A DNA stretch of 64,000 nucleotides from Haliotis rufescens (taxonomy: Eukaryota): NCBI RefSeq assembly GCF_023055435.1, contig NW_025964212.1, positions 2,604,001 to 2,668,000 on the forward strand, in the 5' to 3' direction. This document shows, piece by piece, positions 1 through 14,400 of this stretch. A model generated the notes under the pieces. That model saw nothing but the letters and a program-made list of their open reading frames with translations, ran no database searches and had not been told where the DNA came from. Numbering within the stretch: position 1 is the first letter of the stretch; the number at the start of each line of letters is the position of its first letter. The position numbers and the translations under genes are program-made.

Positions 1-594
1 CATGTAGTATATTTGATCCACTGTGTTACCTTTTGACTAGACCAGACTCGATTATTTGCAGACTGCAACCAGATAGTCATAATATGGCTGGGTGCAGCGT
101 TGAACAAGAAACAAACAGCATTGTTATGCAGGGATAATTCTAGGGTGGGACCTTGTGCTTTTAACATGTTTAACCCCTAAATGTTTGAAAAGGCCCACAT
201 TTTCAAATACCATGGGGCATTTTGACATTGTGCTGTATGGGCAAGTGTGGGTGTACCTCTGGAATATTTGAAATTTTCACATAATGGGCCCAATGTCTGA
301 AAATTCCTGGAGTGAAACCATCCAATGTTTTATCGACCAGGGTTGCGTTCCACAAAGCGACCTTGGCACATTGACTCTTGTAAGTCTATTGGCGTTAAGA
401 TCGTCTTAGTCCTAAGATCGCTTAAGTTTGTAGAACTGGGACAAGATCCACCATTTATGTCCCATCGGCCTGACCGTGATCTCTCCCATGTATAATAACA
501 CATATAGTTTGCTGTGTATTGTTTGCTAATGTCAACAGTTGCTGTCTAACCTAACTAATGTGTGTCACAGGTGAATGTTGTGTACCAAATCATG

Positions 595-1064
595 CAGAGC
601 TCCAGATAAGCTGCGCATCTGCGTAAAATACGCATCAGAAATGCAGAAATATGCAGTAAAATTACATTACAGATACGCTACAAAAATAAAACTTGTGCGT
701 ATCATCAAAAATTGTGAAGTAACCCTGCGTATTTGTTTAGCAAATCAGCAACTTATTTTGAAATTATAAACAGGCATTCCGTCAACCTTGCCAAACTCCA
801 CGAGGACAGTTACATCATGATCATTTGCCATCACAATTTCTTGTGGAAGTATCGTGGTATTTTTGAGTCCTATAAAATGTCGAACCCACACGACACCAGT
901 TTGCAGGGACTAAATGAATAGTGTTTTTAGATATTTAACTTAAATACCCACATGTGTAAAAACTAGTGGGTAATTTGAATACCCAGATAGAATTACTGAT
1001 AACCAATGATTTTAAAATGCATGGGTAAAATACCCACAACACCAAAAGCTTATCTGGAGCTCTG
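595..1064. mobile_element. MITE with CAGAGCTCCAGATAAG TIRs
   Basis: Terminal inverted repeats; flanking tcatg duplication; related copy at 34876-35303. Confidence 0.75.
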
Positions 1065-1232
1065 TCATGTGCTGTGCAATAACTGACACGTCATTATGAT
1101 CCAAGTCACCTCACACCTTGAGGCAGGTAGCTGTTGCCCCTGACGACAAACCTCATGGCTGTTGTTGACTCTGGTAAATTAGGAATGAGAATGTGATATA
1201 CTGCGGGGTTAAACACGGCTACTTGTCAGTTA

Positions 1233-1600
1233 GGACTGCCTCCGTGGTCTTGTGGTAGAGCGTCCGCCCGGAGAGCGGAAGGTCCGGGTTTGATCCACGG
1301 CCGCGTCATACCAAAAGACGTTATGAGATGGTACTTGTTGTTACCCTGTCTGGCGCTCTCGGCATTAAGGGGCTAAAACAAGGACTGGTCGGCTTGGAAT
1401 CAGTATGCTGTGTCTGATTGGGGTATTCGTGTTCATTTGCGACCTGGTATCTCAGTGGGCAAGCACTACAAATTGGCATCAGTCTGGGCTAGTACAAGCA
1501 GCCACCCACACACCCATACACACGCACGCACACACACACACACACACATGCACGTCACTATATAAGTGCAATTATCTTGGACGTGACGCTAAACCCCATT
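1233..1600 (+). mobile_element. tRNA-derived SINE, MetaSINE-like
   Basis: A/B-box head followed by gtcataccaaaagac...ggtacttgttg...cattaaggg core; (CA)n tract. Family assigned from memory. Confidence 0.6.
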
Positions 1601-1776
1601 TCACCTTACCTTGTCCATTACTCCAAGACTAGTGAAAATCTAGCAAAACTTGTTGTTTACATCGTCCGAAAAAAACTGCAGACTAGTTGTGTATGACCAA
1701 AGGTGTCTACCCCTGCACATGGAAAACCCAATATAAGCAATCAGAAGTGAGACACACCTTGTTCTACTGCTCGTTG

Positions 1777-1938
1777 CTAGTGGTTAGTGGTTAAAGCATT
1801 CGCTCGTCACGCCGACGACTCGGGTTCGATTCCCGACATGGGTACAATGTGTGAAGCCCATTTCTGGTGTCCCCACCGTGATATTGCTGGAATATTGCTT
1901 AAAGAGGCGTTAAACCAAACTCACTCACTCACTCACTC
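1777..1938 (+). mobile_element. Short tRNA-derived SINE family A (5'-truncated)
   Basis: gtggttaaagc...gggttcgattccc...(actc)n tail. Confidence 0.85.
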
Positions 1939-2068
1939 AAGTTTGCTTCAAATTGGAACTGAGTAAAACTGACCGAAAATGTGAACATAGACATGTTTGT
2001 CTGTTTCAAACAGAACCAGCTACAAACCTTGAGGACTAGTGAAATAAGGTCTACACTCATCTTAAAAA

Positions 2069-2225
2069 GGGGGCGGTCGGGTAGCCTAGTGGTTAAAGCG
2101 TTCGCTCGTCACGCCGAAGACCCGGGTTCGATTCCCTCATGGTTACAATGTGTGAAGACCATTTCTGGTGTCCCCTGCCGCGATATTGCTGGAAGTGGTG
2201 TAAAACCATACTCACTCGCTCACTC
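2069..2225 (+). mobile_element. SINE family A
   Basis: A/B boxes, (actc)n tail, tcttaaaaa TSD. Confidence 0.88.
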
Positions 2226-2347
2226 TTAAAAATGACTAACTTCTAAGGCTGGATAACATATGACGACTACTCTCATGCTCACACATACATCAGCTACACT
2301 ACCTTGCCTACATGTCAGTATAACATACACACCATGTCTGTTGGCAG

Positions 2348-2414
2348 TCTGTGAAGGAAAAGACAGATGGCGCCAGTGGTACCTTCACCAATGTCAGGAC
2401 AGATGAGGTTAAAG
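2348..2414 (+). CDS. CEP162: CEP162 exon (SVKEKTDG...DEVK-G)
   Basis: ttggcag| ... |gtgagt; phase 1 matches next exon. Confidence 0.65.
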
Positions 2415-5400
2415 GTGAGTCAGGTTACCATGGTTACTGTATTATATAATCTTTTGTCATCTGATGAATCGTGGAATCAGGAAGGTAGTCTTTTGTCAAT
2501 ATGTTAGGTCAGTGAAATCAATCAGGTTCTCATTGATCTCTGTTAGGATCTTAACAACATGACCTGCGTTCTTGATTTTGTTTTCACACAAAATTTAGTG
2601 TAACTGAAAACAAAGCAGATGAACAAAACTTGACAACAAAGATTTGACAAGTTGGTGCAGGGACTAAAAGACATGTGTATTAATAAATGTATATGTTGGT
2701 GCTGCCCTAAATATGAGAATATATTCAACGTGTACCCACAGTCTCATGACTTACAGACCCGTGAAGATCCGGGGTAGAATAGGTCTTCAGCAACCCATGC
2801 TTGCCGTGAAAGGCGACTGCTTGTTGTAAAAGGCGACTAACGGGATCGGGTGGTCAGGCTCGCTGACTTGGTTGATACATGTCATCAATCCCAATTGCGT
2901 AGATCGATGCTCATAATGTCGATCACTGGATTGTCTGGTCGAGACTCGATTTTTTTACAGACCGCCGTCATATAGCTGGAATATTGCTGAGTGCGGTGTT
3001 AAACAACAAACAAACAAACAAAACAAACAAACTCATGACTTACAACTTTCGTGTTTGTTTCAGGTAAGAAGTCCCGATCCAGATTTTCCCACATCCAGAG
3101 TTCAGGGTATGGGAAGCGCTCCATTAGCCGGTCGCCTTCACATTCACCATCAAGGTCACCTGGCAAATCAACACGACCTGGCAACCAGACCTGGTCCCCG
3201 GCAGACGTCAGCAGACACAAAGTTACAGGTACTAGTAGTGTGTCAGTGTGACCATATCGGGGGCGCATCCTACCATGCAAGGTCTTCAAACCCAATAGGT
3301 TTGACTTTCTCAAAGAAAATTGAGGAGTCTTCTGAGTCTTCGTACTAACTTCCTTAAATGCAAGGTTATTCAACCACAAGACCAAGTTTACACCAAGTAA
3401 GGGAGGGTCATACCCTACAGGGGTGAAAGTCTTCAGCGGATCCGTGAATTTCCGCGAATTTAGTGACCACAAATTTGTTCAAATCTCATGGCTTCCCCAA
3501 TAAACATTCCCAAATTCTGGACCACGGTCCACTGCAAAGAAGTTTCAGCTAAAAAGGAAAACATCCATTCTCATCCCTGGATATGGTGTTTGTTCCCAGT
3601 ACATGGACAGAAACATTACCATCAGATCTTCTACTCCGATACGTAGGCAGGCTCTGTGACTTAGCTTACTGCAAAGGAACTAATCTGTACTGAGTTTGGA
3701 CTGTGTTTTTCTGCACTGCCAGGCACCCAGTCTCCAAGGACCGCCCACCACAATCTTCAAGGGAAAGTGCCTGAGACACGTCTGCTGCAGTCTGTGGAGT
3801 CGTTTGCAAGTTACATCCGAGACCATTTTACAGGGAAGGGAGTCCCAGAGGTAGGTTTGAGTCAAGATTGAAATTCGGAAGCTATGGGTCCACCCGTGTT
3901 GTAATGGGAAGCTAGGGGTCCATTCGTGTTGTAATGGGAAGCTAGGGGTCCACTCGAGTTGTAATGGCAAGCTAGGGCTCCACTCGTGTTGTAATGGGAA
4001 GCTAGGGCTCCACTCGTGTTTTGTTGGAAGCTAAGGCTCCACTCGTGTTGTGTTGGAAGCTAGGGCTCCACTCGTGTTGTAATGGGAAGGTAGGGGTCCA
4101 CTCATGTTATAATAGGAAGCTAAGGCTCCACTCGTGTTGTAATTGGAAGCTAGGGCTCCACTCATGTTGTAATTGGAAGCTAGGGCTCCACTCGTGTTGT
4201 AATGGGAAGGTAGGGGTCCACTCATGTTATAATAGGAAGCTAAGGCTCCACTCATGTTGTAATGGGAAGCTATGGGTCCACCCGTGTTGTAATGGGAAGC
4301 TAGGGGTCCACTCGAGTTGTAATGGGAAGCTAGGGCTCCACTCATGTTGTAATTGGAAGCTAGGGCTCCACTCATGTTGTAATTGGAAGCTAGGGCTCCA
4401 CTCATGTTGTAATTGGAAGCTAGGGCTCCACTCATGTTGTAATTGGAAGCTAGGGCTCCACTCATGTTGTAATGGGAAGCTAGGGCTCCACACGTGTTGT
4501 AATGGTTAGTGAAGGCTCCACTCGTGTTGTAATGGGAAGTGAAGGCTCCACTCGTGTTGTAATGGGAAGTTAAGGCTATACTCATGTTGTAATGGGAAGC
4601 TAAGGCTCCACTCGTGTTGTAATGGGGAGCTAGGGCTCCACTCGTGTTCTAATGGGAAGTTAGGGGTCCACTCATGTTATAATAGGAAGCTAAGGCTCCA
4701 CTCGTGTTGTGTTGGAAGCTAGGGCTCCACTCGTGTTGTAATGGGAAGGTAGGGGTCCACTCATGTTATAATAGGAAGCTAAGGCTCCACTCGTGTTGTA
4801 ATGGGAAGGTAGGGGTCCACTCATGTTATAATAGGAAGCTAAGGCTCCACTCATGTTGTAATGGGAAGCTAGGGCTCCACTCCTGCTGCAATGGGAAGGT
4901 AGGGCTCCATACATTTCGTAGCAGGAAGCTACGCCTCCATCTATGTTGTATAAGGAAGCCATATGTATGTTGTATTGGAATTTTATATATTGTCTGTTGC
5001 TGGCACAGTTGCTGAAAGTGCATTGGTTATGATTATCAAATGTGACCTGGTTGTTTGGTTGGTTGGTGTTGCGCTGGACACAGTCCTCTCAGCCACTCCC
5101 TTGCTACAGTCTTTAAGCACATGTGCACACATCAACATACACCCATCCCCATTCTCCTTTGTCAGGTAAAGTACTCGTCTGAGGAGCCTTCAGTGTCGGC
5201 CAGTCTGCGGATGGAGAAGACATCGAGTGTGGAGCGAGAGCTGCAGCAGGAGCTGGGTGAAGAGAGGAAGAGACTGGCTAGTCTGCAGGGTAAGTCCAAC
5301 TTCCCTGTGTGGCCATGTGAACACATATAACTACCTGTGTTATCCAGGTTAGATATTTGTCCAAAGTACCTTGGTGAAGTATGTATCCCCTGTTGATATA

Positions 5401-8400
5401 TATGTAGCCATGTTATCCATATGAAATATCCCTCCTTTATATTTAGGCACATTTACCGCTGTTATCCAGGTGATATATCCCTCCATGTTATCCAGGTGTT
5501 ATTTCACTCCATGTTATAAATCTCTCCTTGTTATCCAGGTGATATCCATCCATGTTATCCAGGTGGTAAATCCCTCCATGTTATCCAGGTGATATTTCCC
5601 TCCATGTTATCCAAGTGATATACCCCTCCCTGTTACCCAGGTGATATTTCCCTCTTTGTTATCCTGGTTATAATTCCCTCCATGTTACCCAGGTGATAAA
5701 TCACTGAGTTATCCAGGTGATATTTCTCTCCATGTTATCCAGGTGATTAACTCCTCCCTGTTATCCAGGTGATATTTCCCTCCATGTTATCCAGGTGATA
5801 TACCTGCCCCTGTTATCCAGGTGATATTTCCCTCCATGTTATCCAGGTGATATACCTGCCCCTGTTATCCAGGTGATATTTCCCTCCATGTTATCCAGGT
5901 GATATACCTGCCCCTGTTATCCAGGTGATATTTCCCTCCATGTTATCCAGGTGATATACCTGCCCCTGTTATCCAGGTGATATTTCCCTCCATGTTATCC
6001 AGGTTATATACCCCTCCATGTTATCCAGGTGATATTTCCCTCCATGTTATCCAGGTGATATACCTGCCCCTGTTATCCAGGTGATATTTCTCTCCATGTT
6101 ATCCAGGTTATATACCCCTCCATGTTATCCAGGTGATATTTCCCTCCATGTTATCCAGGTGATATTTCCCTCCCTGTTATCCAGGTGATAAATCACTGTG
6201 AGTTATCCAGGTGATATTTCTCTCCATGTTATCCAGGTTATATACCCCTCCATGTTATCCAGGTGATATTTCCCTCCATGTTATCCAGGTTATATACCCC
6301 TCCCTGTTACCCAGGTGATAAATCACTGTGAGTTATCCAGGTGATATTTCTCTCCATGTTATCCAGGTGATAAACTCCTCCCTGTTACCCAGGTGATAAA
6401 TCACTGTGAGTTATCCAGGTGATATTTCCCTCCTTGTTAGCCAGGTGATAATTCCCTGTGTGTTATCCAGTTGATATTTCTCTCCATGTTATCCAGGTGA
6501 TAATTTCCTCCCTGTTATCCAGGTGATATTTCCCTCCCTGTTATCCAGGTGATATTTCCCTCCTTGTTATCCAGTTGATATTTCTCTCCATGTTATCCAG
6601 GTGATAATTTCCTCCCTGTTATCCAGGTGATATTTTCCTCCTTGTTATCCAGGTGATAATTCGCTGTGTGTTATCCAGGTGAGATGCGGACCCTCCAGCA
6701 GCAGCATAAGGAGGAGATGGACCAGGTCAAGGTGGAACATGAGCAGGAGATGTTCAAACTGAAGCAGGAAAACTTTGTCCTGGCTGCCAAGGTACGATAA
6801 CCTTCTCAGAACCAGCATGATTCAACCTTCATTTAACCCAGCTCAGCATAGACATAATCTCAGTTCAGCATGGACATCCCCTAGTTCAGCACCGACGTCC
6901 CCTAGTTCAGCATCGACGTCCCCTTGTTCAGTATCTACACCCCCTAGTTCAGCATCTACACCCCCTAGTTCAGCATAGACATCCCCTAGTTCAGCATCGA
7001 TATTCCCTAGTTCAGCATCGACACCCCCTAGTTCAGCATCGACATCCCCTAGTTTAGCATCGAGGTCCCCTAGTTCAGCATCGACATTCCTTAGTTCAGC
7101 ATCGACACCCCCTAGTTCAGCATCGACGTCCCCTAGTTCAGCATCAACGTCCCCTAGTTCAGTATCTACACCCCCTAGTTCAGTATCTACACCCCCTAGT
7201 TCAGTATCTACACCCCCTAGTTCAGCATCTACACCCCCTAGTTCAGCATAGACATCCCCTAGTTCAGCATCAATATTCCCTAGTTCAGCATCGACTTCCC
7301 TAGTTCAGCATCGATGTCCCCTAGTTCAGCATCGAAGTCCCCTTGTTCAGCATCTGCACCCCCTAGTTCAGCATCTACACCCCCTAGTTCAGCATGGACA
7401 TCCCCTAGTTCAGCATCTACACCCCCTAGTTCAGCATGGACATCCCCTAGTTCAGCATCTACACCCCTAGTTCAGTATCTACACCCCCTAGTTCAGCATC
7501 TACACCCCCTAGTTCAGTATCTACACCCCCTAGTTCAGTATCTACACCCCCTAGTTAAGCATCTACACCCCCTAGTTCAGCATAGACATCCCCTAGTTCA
7601 GCATCGATATTCCCTAGTTCAGCATCTACACCCCCTAGTTCAGCATCGATGTCCCGTGGTTCAGCATCTGCACCCCCTAGTTCAGCATCTACACCCCCTA
7701 GTTCAGCATCTACACCCCCTAGTTCAGCATCGACGTCCCCTAGTTCAGCATCTACACCCCCTAGTTCAGCATCTACACCCCCTAGTTCAGCATCGACGTC
7801 CCCTAGTTCAGCATCGACATCCCCTAGTTCAGCATCTACACCCCCTAGTTCAGCATCGACATCCCCTAGTTCAGCATCGACGTCCCCTAGTTCAGCATCT
7901 ACACCCCCTAGTTCAGTATCTACACCCCCTAGTTCAGTATCTACACCCCCTAGTTCAGCATCTTCACCCCCTAGTTCAGCATAGACATCCCCTAGTTCAG
8001 CATCGATATTCCCTAGTTCAGTATCTACACCCCCTAGTTCAGAATCGACATCCCCTAGTTCAGCATCGATGTCCCCTAGTTCAGTATCTACACCCCCTAG
8101 TTCAGCATCGACATCCCCTAGTTCAGCATCGATGTCCCCTAGTTCAGTATCTACACCCCCTAGTTCAGAATCGACATCCCCTAGTTCAGCATCAACGCCT
8201 CCTAGTTCCGCATCGACACCCCCTAGTTCAGCATCGACATCCCCTAGTTCAGCATCGACGTCCCCTAGTTCAGCATCTACACCCCCTAGTTCAGTATCTA
8301 CACCCCCTAGTTCAGTATCTACACCCCCTAGTTCAGCATCTTCACCCCCTAGTTCAGCATAGACATCCCCTAGTTCAGCATCGATATTCCCTAGTTCAGT

Positions 8401-11400
8401 ATCTACACCCCCTAGTTCAGAATCGACATCCCCTAGTTCAGCATCGATGTCCCCTAGTTCAGTATCTACACCCCCTAGTTCAGCATCGACATCCCCTAGT
8501 TCAGCATCGATGTCCCCTAGTTCAGTATCTACACCCCCTAGTTCAGCATCTACACCCCCTAGATCAGCATCTACACCCCCTAGTTCAGTATCTACACCCC
8601 CTAGTTAAGCATCTACACCCCCTAGTTCAGCATAGACATTCCCTAGTTCAGCATCTACACCCCCTAGTTCAGCATCTACACCCCCTAGTTCAGCATCTAC
8701 ACCCCCTAGTTCAGTATCTACACCCCCTAGTTCAGTATCTACACCCCCTAGTTAAGCATCTACACCCCCTAGTTCAGCATAGACATTCCCTAGTTCAGCA
8801 TCTACACCCCCTAGTTCAGCATCTACACCCCCTAGTTCAGCATCGACATCCCCTAGTTCAGCATCGACGTCCCCTAGTTCAGCATCTACACCCCCTAGTT
8901 CAGTATCTACACCCCCTAGTTCAGTATCTACACCCCCTAGTTCAGCATCTTCACCCCCTAGTTCAGCATAGACATCCCCTAGTTCAGCATCGATATTCCC
9001 TAGTTCAGTATCTACACCCCCTAGTTCAGAATCGACATCCCCTAGTTCAGCATCAACGCCTCCTAGTTCCGCATCGACACCCCCTAGTTCAGCATCGACA
9101 TCCCCTAGTTCAGCATCGATGTCCCCTAGTTCAGTATCTACACCCCCTAGTTCAGCATCTACACCCCCTAGATCAGCATCTACACCCCCTAGTTCAGTAT
9201 CTACACCCCCTAGTTAAGCATCTACACCCCCTAGTTCAGCATAGACATTCCCTAGTTCAGCATCTACACCCCCTAGTTCAGCATCTACACCCCCTAGTTC
9301 AGCATCTACATCCCCTAGTTCAGTATCTACACCCCCTAGTTCAGTATCTACACCCCCTAGTTAAGCATCTACACCCCCTAGTTCAGCATAGACATTCCCT
9401 AGTTCAGCATCTACACCCCCTAGTTCAGCATCTACACCCCCTAGATCAGTATCTACACCCCCTAGTTCAGCATCTACACCCCCTAGTTCAGTATCTACAC
9501 CCCCTAGTTCAGTATCTACACCCCCTAGTTCAGCATCTACACCCCCTAGATCAGCATAGACATCCCCTAGTTCAGCATCAATATTCCCTAATTCAGCACA
9601 GACAATATCTCAGTTCAGCATAGACATCCCCTAGTTCAGCATCAACGCCTCCTAGTTCCGCATCGACATCCCCTAGTTCAGCATCGACATCCCCTAGTTC
9701 AGCATCAACATCCCCTAGTTCAGCATCGACGTCCCCTAGTTCAGCATAGACATAACCTCAGTTCAGCATGGACATCCCCTAGTTCAGCATCAACACCACC
9801 CTAGTTCAGCATCAACACCACCTTAGTTCAGCCTTGAGGCTATCTGCTTGTAATGCGGATGTTTATGTATACATTCCTATTTCCCCAGCTGAACGAGGGG
9901 GAGGGGGAGAGCACTGCAAGGAGGAAGCTGGGAGAGGTATTGAGCGGGGATGCTGTTACGAGGGAGCAGCTGACAATGTTGGAACGGGAGATCAAGGACC
10001 AGGAGTCTCTCATTGCCGGGTTCCAAACAGAGAACCAACGACTGTATGGCGAAATGAAGGCTCTCCGTGCCAACACACGCTCAGCGGAGGAGAAAATGTT
10101 CTCTGAGAACCAGAGACTGATCACAGAAGTCACCAACCTAAAGTAGGTCGATTGTTTGTATCCGTATATCTTTTAATTCTGAAGAGACATCAGACAGTGT
10201 TTGTAGTTGGAGGGGGCACGGGTGGCCCAGTTGTATAAGGCGCCGCGATTTGCTGTGCAGAGTTGCGTCCCTTGGGCACACCAGAAACCTATGATTGTGG
10301 GTTCGAATCCCGGTTCGCCCCGATTATGTTTTTAGGTTTGTCAGCACCATACCCGTCCTCGGGGGTTTCACCGAATTGGTAAACGTCTGAGACCTGCATC
10401 ACTTTGGGCTTTCCTCCCACATTAAGCTGACACGCCGTGATATAACTGGAATACTGTTAAAAGCGGCATTAAACCAAACTCACTCACTCACTCACTGTAG
10501 TTGGATCAGATTAAGCATGATCTGTCTTTCAGTTCTGAAGAGACATCAGACAATTTCTGTAGATCCAAGTTCAGCATGATCTGTGTCATAGAGCCCCCAA
10601 ATATGTTTCAATTCTGAAGAGACATCAGACATTTTCTGTAGATCCAAGTTCAGCATGATCTGTGTCATAGAGCCCCCAAATATGTTTCAATTCTGAAGAG
10701 ACATCAGACATTTTCTGTAGATCCAAGTTCAGCATGATCTGTGTCATAGAGCCCCCAAATATGTTTCAATTCTGAAGAGACATCAGACATTTTCTGTAGA
10801 TCCAAGTTCAGCATGATCTGTGTCATAGAGCCCCCAAATATGTTTCAATTCTGAAGAGACATCAGACATTTTCTGTAGATCCAAGTTCAGCATGATCTGT
10901 GTCATAGAGCCCCCAAATATGTTTCAATTCTGAAGAGACATCAGACATTTTCTGTAGATCCAAGTTCAGCATGATCTGTGTCATAGAGCCCCCAAATATG
11001 TTTCAATTCTGAAGAGACATCAGACATTTTCTGTAGATCCAAGTTCAGCATGATCTGTGTCATAGAGCCCCCAAATATGTTTCAATTCTGAAGAGACATC
11101 AGACATTTTCTGTAGATCCAAGTTCAGCATGATCTGTGTCATAGAGCCCCCAAATATGTTTCAATTCTGAAGAGACATCAGACAATTTCTGTAGATCCAA
11201 TTTTAGCATGATCTGTGTCATAGAGCCCCCAAATATGTTTCAATTCTGAAGAGACATCAGACATTTTCTGTAGATCCAAGTTTAGCATGATCTGTGTGTC
11301 ATAGGTCACTGTAGAACTTGTTCTGTCTGTCATTATTATCCCCCGCCCAACAAAGTTGGCGGGGGATATAGAAACGACACCGTCCGTCCATACGTCCGTC

Positions 11401-14400
11401 CGTCACGTTTTGTTTCCGGAGCATAACTCATAAACCGTTCAATATTTTTTCATGAAACTTTGCAGGTTTGTCAGGTACATGCTGAAATGGTGCCTTTTGC
11501 TATTTAGAAATTTTAGAAATTTTTATTTTTTACGTTTCCATGGCAACAAGATGGACCTAGGTTCCAAACTCTTCTTTTTTTCACAATTTCCATGACAAGT
11601 TCCACCTCGGTTAAAAAAGGTTAGTGGCAAACTCTTGTTCCAGTTAAAGAGAAATCTGTGTGTTGTAGATCCCAGCTTGAGCAGAAGGACCTTGCGCTGA
11701 GGAACAAGGGCATCATCACAAGTCTCGCAGCACAGCAGCAGATAGCTGCTGGCAACGCAGATGCCCAGCTCGGCGCCAACAAGCTTGTCCAGCTACAGGC
11801 TGAACTGACAGAGGCTAAGGTGAAATTACTTTGCAACCAGAGAACACCTGTTTTAGATGATAAAGAGATCAAATAGCTGCTGTGTCAGCTGTAATATGAC
11901 CCAGAGTGTTGCAGCTCTGAATGTGAGCCTTGTTTTTACTGATACAGAGCTTGCTACGTCAAGTAAATATTGCTCTTCGTGAGCATCAATTAATACAACT
12001 GACTAATCACTGTTACACAGTGACATTACTTTACTCATAGCTACCACACATAACAATACTATACTTACTATTGACAGTAATGTTGATCTGATTCATGTGT
12101 AAACATAGAATAAGCACTTCTTGGAATGAGTTAGCTCCCTTACATCAAAATACATAGAGATTATTATGCCAGCATGTGTGTTATACTGATTTAACAAATA
12201 AATGTCAGAATTTTTGTATTTCTCGAGCTAAAGTGAGGTTAATACATGAATTCTTACTGATCGCGACTGTCATCTTAGAAAACCACTATTGTCGAATGAC
12301 ATCAGCAATCTTCTGCTATGAACTCGTTTATAGTGTGTCGTCATTCCGACCTTACATCACAATAAGATTTGAATGACGTCACAATGCCATCCAGATGATA
12401 TTTGCATTGCACATACGATATGTATGAAGTCGGTTATTTCTAAGCCTGTGGGTGATACCGTATGGTCTGTGTTCAGAGGCAGAGTGAGATCCAGCAGCGG
12501 GAGATGAAGGTCTTGCAGCAGACCAAGCAGGAGCTCGACCTTCACATTCACCAGCTGGTGCGGGAGCGGGAAGATCTCAGTCGGGACCTCGACGCTGCAA
12601 AGAAGATCACACCAGAACAGGCCAAGGTAAGTTCAGGTTGATGAAGGACATCAGTGAGGGTCTTGTGACAAAGATGTTCCTAGAACTGTTCAAGGAGAGA
12701 TGGGGTTGGTAGATCAATGAGGGTCTTGTGACAAAGATGTTCCTAGAACTGGCCAGGGAGAGATGGGGTTGGTAGGAGACCAGTGAGGGTCTTGTGACAA
12801 AGATGTTCCTAGAACTAGCCAGGGAGAGATGGGGGTGGTAGGAGATCTGTGAGGGTCTTGTGACAAAGATGTTCCTAGGACTGGCCAGGGAGAGATGGGG
12901 TTGGTAGGAGATCAGTGAGGGTCTTGTGACAAAGATGTTCCTAGGACTGGTCAGGGTGAGATGGGGGTGGTAGCAGATCTGTGAGGGTCTTGTGACAAAG
13001 ATGTTCCTAGAACTGGCCAGGGAGAGATCGGGTTGGTAGATCAGTGAGGGTCTTGTGACAAAGATGTTCCTAGAACTGTCCAGGGAGAGATGGGGTTGGT
13101 AGATCAGTGAGGGTCTTGTGACAAAGATGTTGCTAGAACTGGCCAGGGAGAGATGGGGTTGATAGGGGATCAGTGAGGGTCTTGTGACGAAGATGTTCTT
13201 AGAACTGTCCAGGGAGAGATGGGGTTGGTTTATCAGTGAGGGTCTTGTGACGAAGATGTTCTTAGAACTGGCCAGGGAGAGATGGGGTTGGTAGGAGATC
13301 AGTGAGGGTCTTGGGAGGAAGGTCACACCAGAATTGCAGGCCAGGTTAGATTGGAGGGCCTCAGGGTACTTCAGTCAAGCCAGTCAATTGTGTTTCGGAG
13401 GACATCAGTGAGGGGCTTGTGAGGAAGCACTTATCACAGCAATTAGGCCCGAGTGGGTTCTGGAGATATTGGATCTCTGTCAGTGTCGTTCTGAGGAAGA
13501 TCGTACTGTAACAGCCAGGTTGAGTTAGGGGTTTGGAAGCATCCCAGAGATTGACCTGGCCAGTAGGATCACAGAGCATCTCTTGTGAGCTATTGATGTG
13601 AGCTGAAAGTTGGCCTCTGTTGTGTAGGAGCTGAAGGCCCAGCATGAGGAGGAAGTGTCCCAGTTGAGGAGGAAGCTGAAGTGGTATGCAGAGAACCAGC
13701 AGCTGCTGGACAAGGGGGCGGCAAGTATGAAGAAGAAAGAGGAAGAAATCAGACAGCTGAAACTGAGACTGGAAGGACTCACAACTGAGGTGAGGGATGA
13801 TAGGTGGGAGGACAACGTCGAGGACAGACTGTAGGGAATAAGATGAGGGGTGAGGTCATCATGAGGAGGACATACTGTGGGTAGGATGGTGAGGACAGAG
13901 ACAGACTGAATGGTACAGATGCTGGACATACAGATTGTGGGTGATGACGTGGCAGACAGACTGTACAGGACAGATAGGATGGTGAGGACAGTTGGGCGGG
14001 GCTAAATGGAATAGATGCTGGACATACAGATTGTGGGTGATGACGTGGCAGACAGACTGTACAGGACAGATAGGATGGTGAGGACAGTTGGGCGGGGCTG
14101 AATGGTACAGATGCTGGACATACAGATTGTGGGTGATGACGTGGCAGACAGACTGTACAGGACAGATAGGATGGTGAGGACAGTTGGGCGGGGCTAAATG
14201 GAATAGATGCTGGACATACAGATTGTGGGTGATGACGTGGCAGACAGACTGTACAGGACAGATAGGATGGTGAGGACAGTTGGGCGGGGCTGAATGGTAC
14301 AGATGCTGGACATACAGATTGTGGGTGATGACGTGGCGGACAGACTGTACAGGATAGATAGGATGGTGATGACAGTTGGGCGGGACTGAATGGAACAGAT

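Noticed and set aside
2069-2140. tRNA-Asp(GTC)-like sequence
   Set aside because: It is a SINE head with a non-tRNA body, tail and TSD, repeated many times; not a tRNA gene.
7314-9623. 769-aa His/Pro-rich ORF
   Set aside because: It is a translation of the intronic 21-bp minisatellite, lying between two in-phase CEP162 exons.
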